Origin: an uncultured Hyphomicrobiales bacterium
GTDB taxonomy: Bacteria > Pseudomonadota > Alphaproteobacteria > Rhizobiales > Beijerinckiaceae
Length of the DNA: 52,976 nucleotides
Direction of reading: 5' to 3'
Assembly: GCA_903877935.1 (NCBI GenBank)
Contig: CAIRGA010000213.1
Coordinates: 1 to 52,976, forward strand
Under the pieces are notes generated by a model. The model did no database searches and was not told the origin of the DNA. It was given only the letters and a program-made list of their open reading frames with translations. Positions within the stretch are counted from its first letter, which is position 1; each line of letters starts with the position of its first letter. Positions 28,300 through 37,662 of this stretch are shown one piece after another. The position numbers and the translations under genes were made by a program.

Positions 28300-29886
28300 A
28301 TGCGTGATCTCCAATTTCCGGGTCGTTCCGTTGCTTACGGGTCAAACGGTGCAGTAGCGACATCACAACAGCTGTCATCGACGATTGCTATGGAAGTCCT
28401 ACGTCATGGTGGCAACGCGATGGATGCCGCTCTAACAGCCTCTGCGGCGCAATGTGTCATTGAGCCTCACAATACAGGAATAGGCGGCGATTGCTTTGCG
28501 CTCTATTGGCGTGCTGACCAAAAAAAGCTATATGGTCTAAATGGGTCAGGATGGGCCCCGGCTGGCCTCTCTGATACTTTTCTTCTCGATCGGGGAATTA
28601 AATCAATAGGCCTTGAAAGCGTCCATGCCGTTACGATACCGGGTGCTATCGATGCGTGGTCGCGGCTCTTGTCAGATCACGGTACTCGATCCTTCGCCGA
28701 CATTCTCGCACCGGCAATTGACCTTGCTGAGAGCGGCTTTCATGTCCATGAGCGAGCGGCAACCGACTGGGATGACGAAGTTGATAAATTATCTAAAGAC
28801 GACGGCGCGCGGGCTCAGCTACTTATAAATGGGCGTGCTCCAAAAGCAGGTGAACGCATGCGCTTTCCTGAGCTTGCTGCCACACTGCGAATATTGGCGA
28901 ATGAAGGTCGTGATGGATTCTACAAGGGTAAAATTGCGAAAGAATTGGTTTCCTTTTTAGGATCAAAAGGCGGCACTCATTCGCTTGCTGATTTTTCTGA
29001 GTTTGAAACCCACTATGTAGATCCTATACGAGCGCATTATCGTGGTGTTGATTTATATCAGATACCACCTAGTGGTCAGGGCATCACGGCGCTAGTCCTG
29101 CTTAGAATATTGGATGGCTTCGCCTTTAAAGGGCTCGATCCATTTGGTCCGGATCGGTTCCATTTGCAAATTGAAGCAACCCAACTTGCCTATTCTGTAC
29201 GCGACGCATTTGTCGCGGACCCAGCATTTGCTCACGTTCCTGTCGATGAATTGCTATCGGACCCTTTCATCGCCTCACTTCGAGATAAGATTGATATTAA
29301 AAAGGCATCGCCAAATTTATCGCATGTGGCGACCAATTTTCAACGTGACACGATTTATCTTACCGTTGCCGATAAATGGGGCAATTTATGCTCCTTTATT
29401 AATTCACTTTATTTTTCGTTTGGCACGGGCATGGTTAGTCCAACGACAGGAATTACTCTGCAAAATCGGGGAGCATGCTTTAGGGTAGAGCCTGGTCATC
29501 CAAACACTGTTGCTCCGAGAAAACGTCCACTGCACACGATTATTCCAGCAATGGCAATGAAAGACGGAAAGCCATGGCTGTCATATGGTGTTATGGGTGG
29601 CGCTTATCAGCCTGTCGGGCAGGCACATGTGATGCAAAACCTTCTCGATTTTGAAATGAATATTCAAGAGGCTTTTGATGCACCACGTGGCTTTCGACGG
29701 CTCGACAGTTTTGAAGGCGAGCGAGGAATCACGGACCGGGTAATGCTTGATTTGTCGATGCGCGGGCATCCTGTGACGAGGCCTGGATCACCGTTAGGAG
29801 GCGGTCAAGGTATCATAATTGCTCCTGATGGAACTTATTCGGTTGGAACCGATCCTCGCAAAGATGGCGCGGCGCTTTCATACTGA
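28300..29886 (+). CDS. Gamma-glutamyltransferase family Ntn-hydrolase, no signal peptide (predicted cytoplasmic)
   Basis: GAVATSQQLSS...GGNAMDAA...GIGGDCFALYW, putative autoprocessing/nucleophile Thr in RDTIYLTVADKWGN, and VMGGAYQPVGQ. The ATG at 28300 follows AGGGGAAG. The ORF-track GTG at 28276 would overlap the TauE stop. Confidence 0.88.
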   Translation: MRDLQFPGRSVAYGSNGAVATSQQLSSTIAMEVLRHGGNAMDAALTASAAQCVIEPHNTGIGGDCFALYWRADQKKLYGLNGSGWAPAGLSDTFLLDRGIKSIGLESVHAVTIPGAIDAWSRLLSDHGTRSFADILAPAIDLAESGFHVHERAATDWDDEVDKLSKDDGARAQLLINGRAPKAGERMRFPELAATLRILANEGRDGFYKGKIAKELVSFLGSKGGTHSLADFSEFETHYVDPIRAHYRGVDLYQIPPSGQGITALVLLRILDGFAFKGLDPFGPDRFHLQIEATQLAYSVRDAFVADPAFAHVPVDELLSDPFIASLRDKIDIKKASPNLSHVATNFQRDTIYLTVADKWGNLCSFINSLYFSFGTGMVSPTTGITLQNRGACFRVEPGHPNTVAPRKRPLHTIIPAMAMKDGKPWLSYGVMGGAYQPVGQAHVMQNLLDFEMNIQEAFDAPRGFRRLDSFEGERGITDRVMLDLSMRGHPVTRPGSPLGGGQGIIIAPDGTYSVGTDPRKDGAALSY

Positions 29887-29892
29887 GATGAA

Positions 29893-30636
29893 TTAGTCGC
29901 AATTTTGCAGTTTGGCTTGCCAGCACGCAATCCCAAGACGGTCAGCCTCAGCGAGGTCCTCCGCCGACATCAGATGTTCGAGCTCATCACGCGCTTTTAT
30001 AGCTATGCGGGATGCTGATATGCGATCCGGAAGATTATTGCTGACTGCGCTTCCAGCCAAACTAAACCACATGAAGGCGCGCGGATAACTTTGCTCAACG
30101 CCATAGCCGTATCGATATAGCTCTCCTAATCCAATTTGTGATACAATGTCTCCCTTGGCGGCCGCCAGTTTATACCAGTGTAGGGCTTCGTCGAAGTCCT
30201 GCGATACGCCGCCACCTTTTCGATAGGTCTGCCCTAAATAGCGCTGTGCCTCAGTTACACCTTGTTCGGCTACATCTCGTAATAGTTTTATAGCGGTGTC
30301 AGGATCGTAATATGATCCCGCTTTATCGAGGTAAGCCTGCGAGAGTGCGAGGGTTGCACCGATGTGATGCTTTTCAAAGGCTAAGCGAAGCCATCTAATG
30401 GCCAACTTTTTGTCGGCGGCAACACCACGGCCTGACATGTACATCATTCCAATTCGGAATTGTGCCTCTGGATCGCCGTCTGTTGCAGCCGGAGTCCAAA
30501 GTTTGATGGCGCCACTGTCATCGCCTCGCATGAGGGCATTTTGCCCGTCTGTGAGCGCGTCGGCTGAGGCAAATTGGGGCCATGCCACTAATCCCAACAC
30601 GAGCACTATCTGAACTAGACGGTAGCAATTACGCAT
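29893..30636 (-). CDS. Secreted SEL1/TPR-like repeat protein
   Basis: Signal peptide MRNCYRLVQIVLVLGLVAWPQFASA followed by about 5 Sel1 repeats (AQFRIGMMYMSGRGVAADKKLAIRWL, AQRYLGQTYRKGGGVSQDFDEALHWYKLAAAKGD, SQIGLGELYRYGYGVEQSYPRAFMWF). Confidence 0.85.
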   Translation of the reverse strand: MRNCYRLVQIVLVLGLVAWPQFASADALTDGQNALMRGDDSGAIKLWTPAATDGDPEAQFRIGMMYMSGRGVAADKKLAIRWLRLAFEKHHIGATLALSQAYLDKAGSYYDPDTAIKLLRDVAEQGVTEAQRYLGQTYRKGGGVSQDFDEALHWYKLAAAKGDIVSQIGLGELYRYGYGVEQSYPRAFMWFSLAGSAVSNNLPDRISASRIAIKARDELEHLMSAEDLAEADRLGIACWQAKLQNCD

Positions 30637-30843
30637 AAATAAACGCACGGTGATCACTCAATGAATGGAACCTCTACAACGCATCGATTATAGAGACTTG
30701 GCAAGAAGCGACTTCACATTCGTCAAAAGTCTTACAAAATGAAAGTAAATATTTGTCATTTCGGCTCTATTTTGCCGCAATTGCTTTTATACATGTGAAC
30801 CAGGGTTTATAGTGTATCGCCTCAAGTCTCGTTGGAAGCTAGA

Positions 30844-31980
30844 ATGAATTTAAACTCAAAAAATGATGTTTCCAGCTCTGTACGCGTCTGGGATTTGGGT
30901 GTCCGGACCTTTCATTGGGGCTTAGTGACGGCCGTATTTGTAGCTGCCATGACCGGATTTTTTGGTTCACCGGATTCCCTCAGCATTCATTTGATCGCCG
31001 GGATATCAATTTGTCTTTTAGTCCTTTTCCGCATTATTTGGGGATTTTCTGGATCAACCTACGCTCGGTTTCGGACATTTTTGTTTTCATCGAATTCTGT
31101 GCGCCAAAGATTGCAGGATATTTTGGCCCGCCGCCATATTCGATATCTCGGCCATAATCCGCTAGGCGCGTGGATGATTTTTGCTCTTCTGCTGACCCTT
31201 ACACTCATTGTTTCAACGGGTGCGGTAGTCTTAGGCGGTGTGTTTAAACAGGGACCGTTGGCTTTTATGATGAGTTTCACGACCGGTCGTTTGGTTCAAG
31301 AGATCCATCAAATATTGGCTTTCGGACTGGTGGGTCTGATTGTATTGCATTTGTTGGGCGTCGCCTATGAAACGATTATTGGCAAAGAAAAGCTCATATC
31401 CGCCATGATTTCGGGCGATAAGCCCGCATTACCTGATGTCGCGCCGCCTCTGCCCGCGAAGGCTAGGCCTGTTGTGGCATTCATCGTGTTTGCCATCTTT
31501 GGTTTAGGCGGAACGTTTGGAGTGGCAAGTTTTGCGGCTCGCCCCGGTCTTGGTGTGCCGACCGCGTCGGTCGATCCGCTTTATGCCAAGGAATGCGGGG
31601 CGTGCCATTTTGCTTATCATCCGAGTATGGGGACATCTGCTTTCTGGGGCGGTATCCTAGGGCATCTCGATCAGCATTTTGGCGAAGATGCGAGCCTTCC
31701 TGATGGGTCGCGTGCTCAATTGGCTGCTTATTTGAAGGAAAACTCATCGGAGCACTGGGATACCCGCGTTGCCCATGTGTTAGCGACGGCAAATCCTAAC
31801 GAGCCACTTCGCTTTACGGCGACCCGGTTTTGGACGCGGATGCACCGTGAAATTCCCGATAAGGTTTTTGCCTCCAAAGCGGTTGGTTTTAAGGGCGCGT
31901 GTAATGCTTGCCACAGTGATGCCAAGACGGGCCTTTTTGCCCCGCAAAATATTGAAATTCCAGAAGAGGCCCGTCTATGA
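30844..31980 (+). CDS. Cytochrome b561/Ni-hydrogenase-type cytochrome b membrane domain fused to a C-terminal dihaem cytochrome c (DHC) domain
   Basis: The N-terminal half has 4 TM helices with His ligands (VRTFHWGLV, HLIAG, NPLGAWM, IHQILAF...HLLGV). The C-terminal half has two CxxCH motifs (CGACH, CNACH) and is clearly paralogous to the ORF at 32415. Confidence 0.8.
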   Translation: MNLNSKNDVSSSVRVWDLGVRTFHWGLVTAVFVAAMTGFFGSPDSLSIHLIAGISICLLVLFRIIWGFSGSTYARFRTFLFSSNSVRQRLQDILARRHIRYLGHNPLGAWMIFALLLTLTLIVSTGAVVLGGVFKQGPLAFMMSFTTGRLVQEIHQILAFGLVGLIVLHLLGVAYETIIGKEKLISAMISGDKPALPDVAPPLPAKARPVVAFIVFAIFGLGGTFGVASFAARPGLGVPTASVDPLYAKECGACHFAYHPSMGTSAFWGGILGHLDQHFGEDASLPDGSRAQLAAYLKENSSEHWDTRVAHVLATANPNEPLRFTATRFWTRMHREIPDKVFASKAVGFKGACNACHSDAKTGLFAPQNIEIPEEARL

Positions 31981-32390
31981 AAAATCGTCTGTTTGTAGCA
32001 ATAGCATTCGTAGCCTTAATGCCAATTATTGCCTATGCGGCAGCGGCACAAAAGCCGATCATTGACGGCTATTTGGCTGCAGCTAAGGCCGAAAACTCAG
32101 CATTTTCAGGCTTTTCTGCGGAGCGCGGTAAAGCGTTTTTCTTGGCGAAACATGATACTTCTGCGGATACTCCGTCTTGTACAACGTGCCATACTGCGGA
32201 TCCGACAAAGGCTGGGCAGACCAGGGCGGGTAAAGATGTTGCGCCGATGGCGGTTTCTAAGACGCCTGATCGGTTTACCGATGCTGAGAAGGTTGAAAAA
32301 TGGTTCACCCGCAATTGCCAGAGCGTTTTGGGCAGGGCGTGCACGGCGCAGGAAAAAGGTGATTTTATAACCTTCATGGCTAGCCTTTAA
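31977..32390 (+). CDS. SHP-type (DUF1924) monohaem cytochrome c
   Basis: 137 aa. Signal peptide, single CTTCH haem motif, RFTDAEKVEKWFTRNC. The start overlaps the preceding stop as ATGA. Confidence 0.78.
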   Translation: MKNRLFVAIAFVALMPIIAYAAAAQKPIIDGYLAAAKAENSAFSGFSAERGKAFFLAKHDTSADTPSCTTCHTADPTKAGQTRAGKDVAPMAVSKTPDRFTDAEKVEKWFTRNCQSVLGRACTAQEKGDFITFMASL

Positions 32391-32414
32391 GCGATTGATT
32401 TAAAAGGGTTTATA

Positions 32415-32894
32415 ATGAAAAAGATCGTTTCGCTCGGGGCCTCTTCGATCCTTGTTTTAGGCCTTTCTTTGGGGTTGGCGGGGACTGGAAATACGGCTTT
32501 GCCGCAGGTTGATCCGGCCTATGTCAAGGAGTGTGGGGCCTGTCATATTCCTTACCCTGCGCAATTTTTGCCGAAGCGCTCGTGGGAGCGCATTTTGGGC
32601 GCTTTGGACAAGCATTTTGGTGAAAATGCCACGCTTTCACCGAAGGCGCTGGCCCCCATCAAGAGCTATCTCGACTCTCATGCCGCCGATACGGCCGCCG
32701 GAAACCCTCGAATTATGCGTGATGTTGGAGTGAATATAACGCCCCTTCGGATAGTCGAGATGCCCTTTTGGATACATATACACGCCAAACAGATAGAACG
32801 ACATGCATTCGATTCTCCTAAGGTAAAGAATGCAGGAAATTGCGCTGCATGCCATCGCGGTGCAGCAAAGGGACAGTTTGGCGACGACGACTAA
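32415..32894 (+). CDS. Dihaem cytochrome c (DHC)
   Basis: 159 aa. Signal peptide and two CxxCH motifs (VKECGACHIPY and GNCAACHRG). Confidence 0.8.
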   Translation: MKKIVSLGASSILVLGLSLGLAGTGNTALPQVDPAYVKECGACHIPYPAQFLPKRSWERILGALDKHFGENATLSPKALAPIKSYLDSHAADTAAGNPRIMRDVGVNITPLRIVEMPFWIHIHAKQIERHAFDSPKVKNAGNCAACHRGAAKGQFGDDD

Positions 32895-32998
32895 GCTTGG
32901 TTGAAAGATACGGATTGACCATTGCTCAAGGGTAAGAGTAGCCTCTGAATTGACGTCGGCTTCGCAGAATGAGCCGGTCATACAACTGGAGGAAACCT

Positions 32999-34027
32999 AT
33001 GAGCGATATTACACGCACAAGTCGTCGTGACCTTTTGAAACTGGCAGCAATTGGTGCTGCTGGCGTTGCCTTACCTATGCCCTTCATCACCCGCGCTCGC
33101 GCCGATAACAAGCGCATTGCAATGGTTGTGAAGAATCTTGGTAACTCCTATTTTGATGCTTGCGCCAATGGTGCAAAACAGGCCGCTGCTGAAATCGGTG
33201 GTTTTGAAATTATCTATACCGCACCAACCAAGGCAACGGCGGAAGATCAGATTGCCATTATCGATTCTCTCATTGCGCAGAAGGTCGACGGCATCATCGT
33301 TTCGGCCAATGATGCGAATGCGCTTGTACCCGTTGGTAAAAAGGCCGCTTCGCGTGGCATCAAGGTCATCTCGTTTGACTCGGCCATCGCGAAAGACGGC
33401 CGCATCATGCATCTCAACGCGTCGTCGACGCCGTTGATCGGTGCCAAGCAAGTTCAGATGATTGCGAAAACACTGAAGGGCGAAGGCGAAGTCGCTATTC
33501 TTTCCGCCGCTTCCACAATGACGAACCAGAACTCTTGGATCGCAGCGATGAAGGAAGAATGGAAGAAGCCTGAATACGCCAAGATGCCATTGGTCGCGAC
33601 CGTTTATGGCGATGACCAGGACGATAAATCCTATCGTGAAATGCAAGCACTCGTGAAGGCGCATCCTAATTTGAAGGGTGTCATCTCGCCGACGACGATT
33701 GGTATTCGCTCTGGCGCAAAAGCCATCATTGACGGCGGCTTGATTGGGAAGGTCTTCATCACCGGCCTTGGCTTGCCATCCGAGATGAAGGACGCTGTAC
33801 TGAAAGGCGCATGCGATAGCTTCGCGATTTGGAATCCCGTTGAGTATGGCTACTCCTCCACGCAGATCATGATCAACATCTTGAATGGTGCGGATGCAAG
33901 CGCCGGCAAGACGGTTAAGATGGGCAAGAAGGGCGAAACCAAGATTGGCGACGATGGTGAAGCCGCAATGGGCGAGCCATTCGAATTTAATAAGTCGAAC
34001 GTCGAAGAATTCGCAAAAATCTTCTGA
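32999..34027 (+). CDS. Sugar ABC transporter periplasmic binding protein, rhamnose (RhaS)/LsrB-like, Tat-type leader
   Basis: The ATG at 32999 follows GGAGGA. MSDITRTSRRDLLKLAAIGAAG is a twin-arginine leader. The periplasmic-binding-protein type I pattern follows (RIAMVVKNLGNSYFDAC...GIIVSANDANAL...VISFDS). Confidence 0.9.
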   Translation: MSDITRTSRRDLLKLAAIGAAGVALPMPFITRARADNKRIAMVVKNLGNSYFDACANGAKQAAAEIGGFEIIYTAPTKATAEDQIAIIDSLIAQKVDGIIVSANDANALVPVGKKAASRGIKVISFDSAIAKDGRIMHLNASSTPLIGAKQVQMIAKTLKGEGEVAILSAASTMTNQNSWIAAMKEEWKKPEYAKMPLVATVYGDDQDDKSYREMQALVKAHPNLKGVISPTTIGIRSGAKAIIDGGLIGKVFITGLGLPSEMKDAVLKGACDSFAIWNPVEYGYSSTQIMINILNGADASAGKTVKMGKKGETKIGDDGEAAMGEPFEFNKSNVEEFAKIF

Positions 34028-34056
34028 TCGGTTTTTTCTTGATCAAACCACGATCT

Positions 34057-34082
34057 TTCGGCGGGACAGTAGTCCCGCCGAA
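34057..34082 (+). terminator. Perfect 11-bp stem hairpin after the binding-protein gene (intra-operon attenuator/terminator candidate)
   Basis: TTCGGCGGGAC-AGTA-GTCCCGCCGAA, 30 nt after the stop at 34027, followed by the U-poor tail TGGATTATTG. It lies in the 81-nt gap before the ATPase gene. Confidence 0.5.
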
Positions 34083-34108
34083 TGGATTATTGATCGAACA
34101 TTGATGAA

Positions 34109-35644
34109 TTGGCTATCGTGACCACGCCTCAACCCGTCCTTTCCCTTTCGCATGTTTCGAAAAGCTTTCCAGGCGTGCGTGCCTTGCATGATGTTTCATT
34201 TGCGCTTTACCCCGGGCAAGTGACGGCTTTGATTGGTGAAAACGGCGCAGGAAAATCAACAATCGTCAAAATTCTAACCGGCATTTATGTGCCGGATGAA
34301 GGCCAAATTATAGTCGATGGAAAGGCACAAAACTTTGTCTCGCCGCGCGATTCTTGGGCAGCTGGCATCGCTGCCATCCATCAAGAAACCGTTATGTTTG
34401 ATGAGCTGAGCGTTGCTGAAAATATTTTCATGGGCCACATGCCCGGCGGACGTTTGATCAATTGGCGCGAAACAAAATCGCGTGCGCGCGCATTGCTATC
34501 CCGGATCGAAGCCGATTTTGATGCAGATGCGCCGCTTAAAACTCTGTCGGTTGCGCAAAAACATATGGTCGAAATTACGCGTGCATTAAGCCACGACGCG
34601 TCGGTTATTATCATGGATGAGCCGACCGCCGCTCTGTCGCGCCATGAGATTGACGAGCTGTTTCGGATTGTCGCGCAATTAAAAGCGGAAGGCCGCTCGA
34701 TTATCTTCATCTCGCATAAATTTGATGAGATTTTTCGTCTCTCGGATCGCTGGGTTTGCCTACGCGACGGCGAGAAAGTAGGCGAAGGCTTAACCCGTGA
34801 CGTCACCGAACCGGATCTTGTTCGGCTAATGGTTGGTCGGCCGATCGATCAAGTTTTCCCGAAGCGCGATATTCCAATCGGTGAAACGATCTTGGATGTT
34901 AAGGGACTAACGAACGCCACTGAATTTGCCGATATTTCTTTCTCGTTACGCAAAGGAGAAATATTGGGTCTCTATGGGCTCGTCGGTGCGGGACGTTCCG
35001 AAGCAATGCAATGTGTCTTTGGCATGAATCAACCAACGCGCGGCCAGGTAACAATGGAGGGTCATGTGCTTTCCATTCAAGAGCCGATTGATGCGATCCA
35101 TGCCGGCATTTCGTATGTTCCGGAAGATCGCCAAGATCAGGGTGCGTTTTTACCCCTTGGCATTCGCGAAAACATCACAATGGCTTCTCTGGCAGGCCAT
35201 GTCCGGAACTTTTTATTATCGGGGTCATCTGAGCGCGTAGCGACACGCGCATTGGGTGGCCGGTTGTCGGTTAAAGCGGCGCATTGGGAGCAGGCCCTTG
35301 GCGAGCTTTCAGGCGGTAATCAACAAAAAGTTGTGATTGCCAAATGGCTGGCAACTAAACCAAAAATTATCATTCTCGATGAGCCGACCAAGGGAATTGA
35401 TGTCGGCTCTAAAGCAGCGGTTCATGACTTTATTGGTGAGCTTGCCGAAGAAGGGCTCGCGGTCATTTTGGTGAGCTCCGAACTACCCGAAATTATGGGC
35501 CTGTCCGACTGTGTCATCGTCATGCATGAAGGCCGTATTGCGGCGCAATTCGAGCGGGGGAAGGGGGCTGGTGCCGCCGCTTGGAGCGCTGAGGCGATTG
35601 TGGCTGCAGCGACGGGCGGACCCGTACAGGAGCATGCGGCATGA
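34109..35644 (+). CDS. Sugar ABC transporter ATP-binding protein (duplicated ABC cassette, CUT2 type)
   Basis: 511 aa. Walker A GENGAGKST, a second cassette GLVGAGRSE, and signature LSGGNQQK. TTG start at 34109 or GTG at 34118. Confidence 0.93.
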   Translation: MAIVTTPQPVLSLSHVSKSFPGVRALHDVSFALYPGQVTALIGENGAGKSTIVKILTGIYVPDEGQIIVDGKAQNFVSPRDSWAAGIAAIHQETVMFDELSVAENIFMGHMPGGRLINWRETKSRARALLSRIEADFDADAPLKTLSVAQKHMVEITRALSHDASVIIMDEPTAALSRHEIDELFRIVAQLKAEGRSIIFISHKFDEIFRLSDRWVCLRDGEKVGEGLTRDVTEPDLVRLMVGRPIDQVFPKRDIPIGETILDVKGLTNATEFADISFSLRKGEILGLYGLVGAGRSEAMQCVFGMNQPTRGQVTMEGHVLSIQEPIDAIHAGISYVPEDRQDQGAFLPLGIRENITMASLAGHVRNFLLSGSSERVATRALGGRLSVKAAHWEQALGELSGGNQQKVVIAKWLATKPKIIILDEPTKGIDVGSKAAVHDFIGELAEEGLAVILVSSELPEIMGLSDCVIVMHEGRIAAQFERGKGAGAAAWSAEAIVAAATGGPVQEHAA

Positions 35645-36636
35645 GCCTCTTACTGCGCTATCGGGAAGTTATTCTTGCCCTGATCATCGCCTTGATGGTT
35701 TTGGGAATTAGTCTATACGCCCCGCCCTTTGGTACGCTTTCGAATGGTGTCGGAGTTTTAAATGACACTGCCTTTTTGTTTATGATGGCGCTGGCGCAGA
35801 TGATTGTTATCCTGACGCGGGGTATTGATTTGTCAGTCGCTGCTAATCTTGCTTTAACGGGCATGTTGACCGGCATGTTCAATATGGTTTTCCCGGATTT
35901 GCCTGCACCTCTTTACGTCGCCTTGGCTTTGCTGATCGGCGGCGGTTTAGGCTTGATCAATGGATCGCTGATTGCCTTTTTGCGCATCCCGCCCATTGTG
36001 GTCACGCTCGGAACTTTGGCAATTTTTCGTGGCATGATTGTTGTGGTTGACGGCGGTTCGCAAGTAAATACGTCCGATATGAGTTCGACCTTTGCAGGCT
36101 TCCCCAAGCTTGAGCTTTTCGGTTTGTCGAGCGTGTTTTGGATTGCCGCGATTGTTGCCGTTCTGGCGTGGTTCTTTCTAGGTCAAACGCGTTCAGGCCG
36201 CGGGCTCTATGCGGTGGGAGGCAATCCGGTAGCCGCGCGGTATTGCGGCATCAGCCTGCCTTTTCAACAAATGCTCGCTTATGGCATATCGGGCGCCGTT
36301 GCCGGCATGAGCGGTTATCTCTGGGTGGCACGCTATGGTGTGGCCTATGTTGAAATCGCATCCGGCTATGAGCTGACGGTTATTGCCGCCTGTGTCATCG
36401 GTGGGGTCTCAATTGGTGGCGGCGTTGGTACCGTGGCAGGCACGCTGTTGGGCGCTTTGTTTATTGGCGTGATTGTGAATGCCCTTCCCGTGATGCAGGT
36501 TTCGCCGTTCTGGCAAATGGCGATCTCAGGGGCCGTTATTTTGGCGGCGGTGATTATCAATGCGCGGGCTGAAGGAAGAGCGCTTAAGCTCATCCTGCCT
36601 GAAGCACGGCGCGCTGCCGCGCAAGCAAAGCGGTGA
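35641..36636 (+). CDS. Sugar ABC transporter permease (CUT2, RhaP/RbsC-like)
   Basis: 331 aa polytopic protein with TRGIDLSVAAN and RSGRGLYAVGGNPVAARYCGI. ATGA overlap with the ATPase stop. Confidence 0.9.
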   Translation: MSLLLRYREVILALIIALMVLGISLYAPPFGTLSNGVGVLNDTAFLFMMALAQMIVILTRGIDLSVAANLALTGMLTGMFNMVFPDLPAPLYVALALLIGGGLGLINGSLIAFLRIPPIVVTLGTLAIFRGMIVVVDGGSQVNTSDMSSTFAGFPKLELFGLSSVFWIAAIVAVLAWFFLGQTRSGRGLYAVGGNPVAARYCGISLPFQQMLAYGISGAVAGMSGYLWVARYGVAYVEIASGYELTVIAACVIGGVSIGGGVGTVAGTLLGALFIGVIVNALPVMQVSPFWQMAISGAVILAAVIINARAEGRALKLILPEARRAAAQAKR

Positions 36637-36645
36637 GGGTGGACG

Positions 36646-37662
36646 ATGAGTGATCCTTCAATCCATGCGCCTTCATCACGCTATACGGTCGCCGATCATG
36701 CGCCGCGCAAAATATCGGCTATCTTGCTGCGCTGGGAAAGTATTTTGGTGATGATGCTGGCCGCCGTCATTATCGGCAACACGCTCAAATCACCCTATTT
36801 TCTTGATCCTTTTAATTTGGCTGATGCCACGTATAATTTTTCTGAAAAAGCCATCATGGCGCTGATTATGGCGCTGTTGATTTTGGTACGTGAAATTGAT
36901 CTTTCCGTTGCTGCTATCGTAGCACTCTCCTCATTGGCCATCGGGTATATGGGCGCGGCCGGATATGGTCCTGTTCCCCTTATTGCAACGGGGCTTGCCG
37001 TTGGCATGGTCTGTGGCGCGTTTAATGGCTTTCTTGTTACGCGTTCGGGTGTGCCTTCCATTGTCATTACGATTGGAACCATGTCGCTTTATCGTGGCAT
37101 TGCTCAAGTGAGCTTGGGCGATCAGGCGCTGACAACCTATCCGCAGCATTATCTTGATCTTGGTCAGAGTTATCTTTTTGACTGGCCGCCAACGCCGTTA
37201 TCATTCTTTTTGTTTCTTCTGCTAGCGGCTTGCTTTGCCGTATTTTTGCACAAGACCGCCGCAGGTCGCCAGCTATTTGCGATTGGTGCCAACCCGGTTG
37301 CAGCGCGTTTTTCCGGTATTCGGGTTGATCGGATAAGACTCATTCTGTTTACGATTTCAGGCCTTTTGGCTGGATTGGGCGCGGTGCTTTTAACCGCTCG
37401 GATTGGTGTCATGCGTCCTAATATAGCGCTCGGTTGGGAGCTTGATATTATCACGATGGTGATCTTGGGTGGTGTTGCCATTTCAGGTGGCGTGGGTACG
37501 ATTGGCGGCGTTGTACTGGCTGTCTTTGTGCTTGGGCTTGCGACCTTTGGTCTTGCGCTGATGAATGTACCCGGCATTGTGATCAATGTGCTGTTGGGAC
37601 TGTTGCTGATTGTTTCGATTGCCGCGCCGATTGTGATTCGTGGTCAAAGCGGGAGACGATGA
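36646..37662 (+). CDS. Sugar ABC transporter permease (CUT2, RhaQ/RbsC-like)
   Basis: 338 aa polytopic protein with VREIDLSVAAI and AAGRQLFAIGANPVAARFSGI. Confidence 0.9.
   Translation: MSDPSIHAPSSRYTVADHAPRKISAILLRWESILVMMLAAVIIGNTLKSPYFLDPFNLADATYNFSEKAIMALIMALLILVREIDLSVAAIVALSSLAIGYMGAAGYGPVPLIATGLAVGMVCGAFNGFLVTRSGVPSIVITIGTMSLYRGIAQVSLGDQALTTYPQHYLDLGQSYLFDWPPTPLSFFLFLLLAACFAVFLHKTAAGRQLFAIGANPVAARFSGIRVDRIRLILFTISGLLAGLGAVLLTARIGVMRPNIALGWELDIITMVILGGVAISGGVGTIGGVVLAVFVLGLATFGLALMNVPGIVINVLLGLLLIVSIAAPIVIRGQSGRR

Noticed and set aside
30658-30843. FNR/FixK box upstream of the SHP/DHC/cytochrome b operon
   Set aside because: Only a weak half-site (TTCAC-ATTC-GTCAA) is present, which is not convincing. 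A 23-codon minus-strand ORF (MTNIYFHF…) in the same spacer also has no support.
9400-33000. Apparent lower GC content of the central accessory loci versus the flanks (possible horizontally acquired island)
   Set aside because: This rests only on hand counts of a few 60-nt lines (about 40% at the mutase alpha start, about 50% in TauE, 52-57% in rluB and the permease). That is too noisy to claim. There are no flanking tRNA, integrase or direct repeats. A sliding-window GC and codon-usage computation is needed.
33071-33664. 197-aa minus-strand ORF inside the sugar-binding protein gene (and similar antisense ORFs 39805-40957 inside the amidase gene)
   Set aside because: These are antisense shadows of confidently assigned genes with no motifs.
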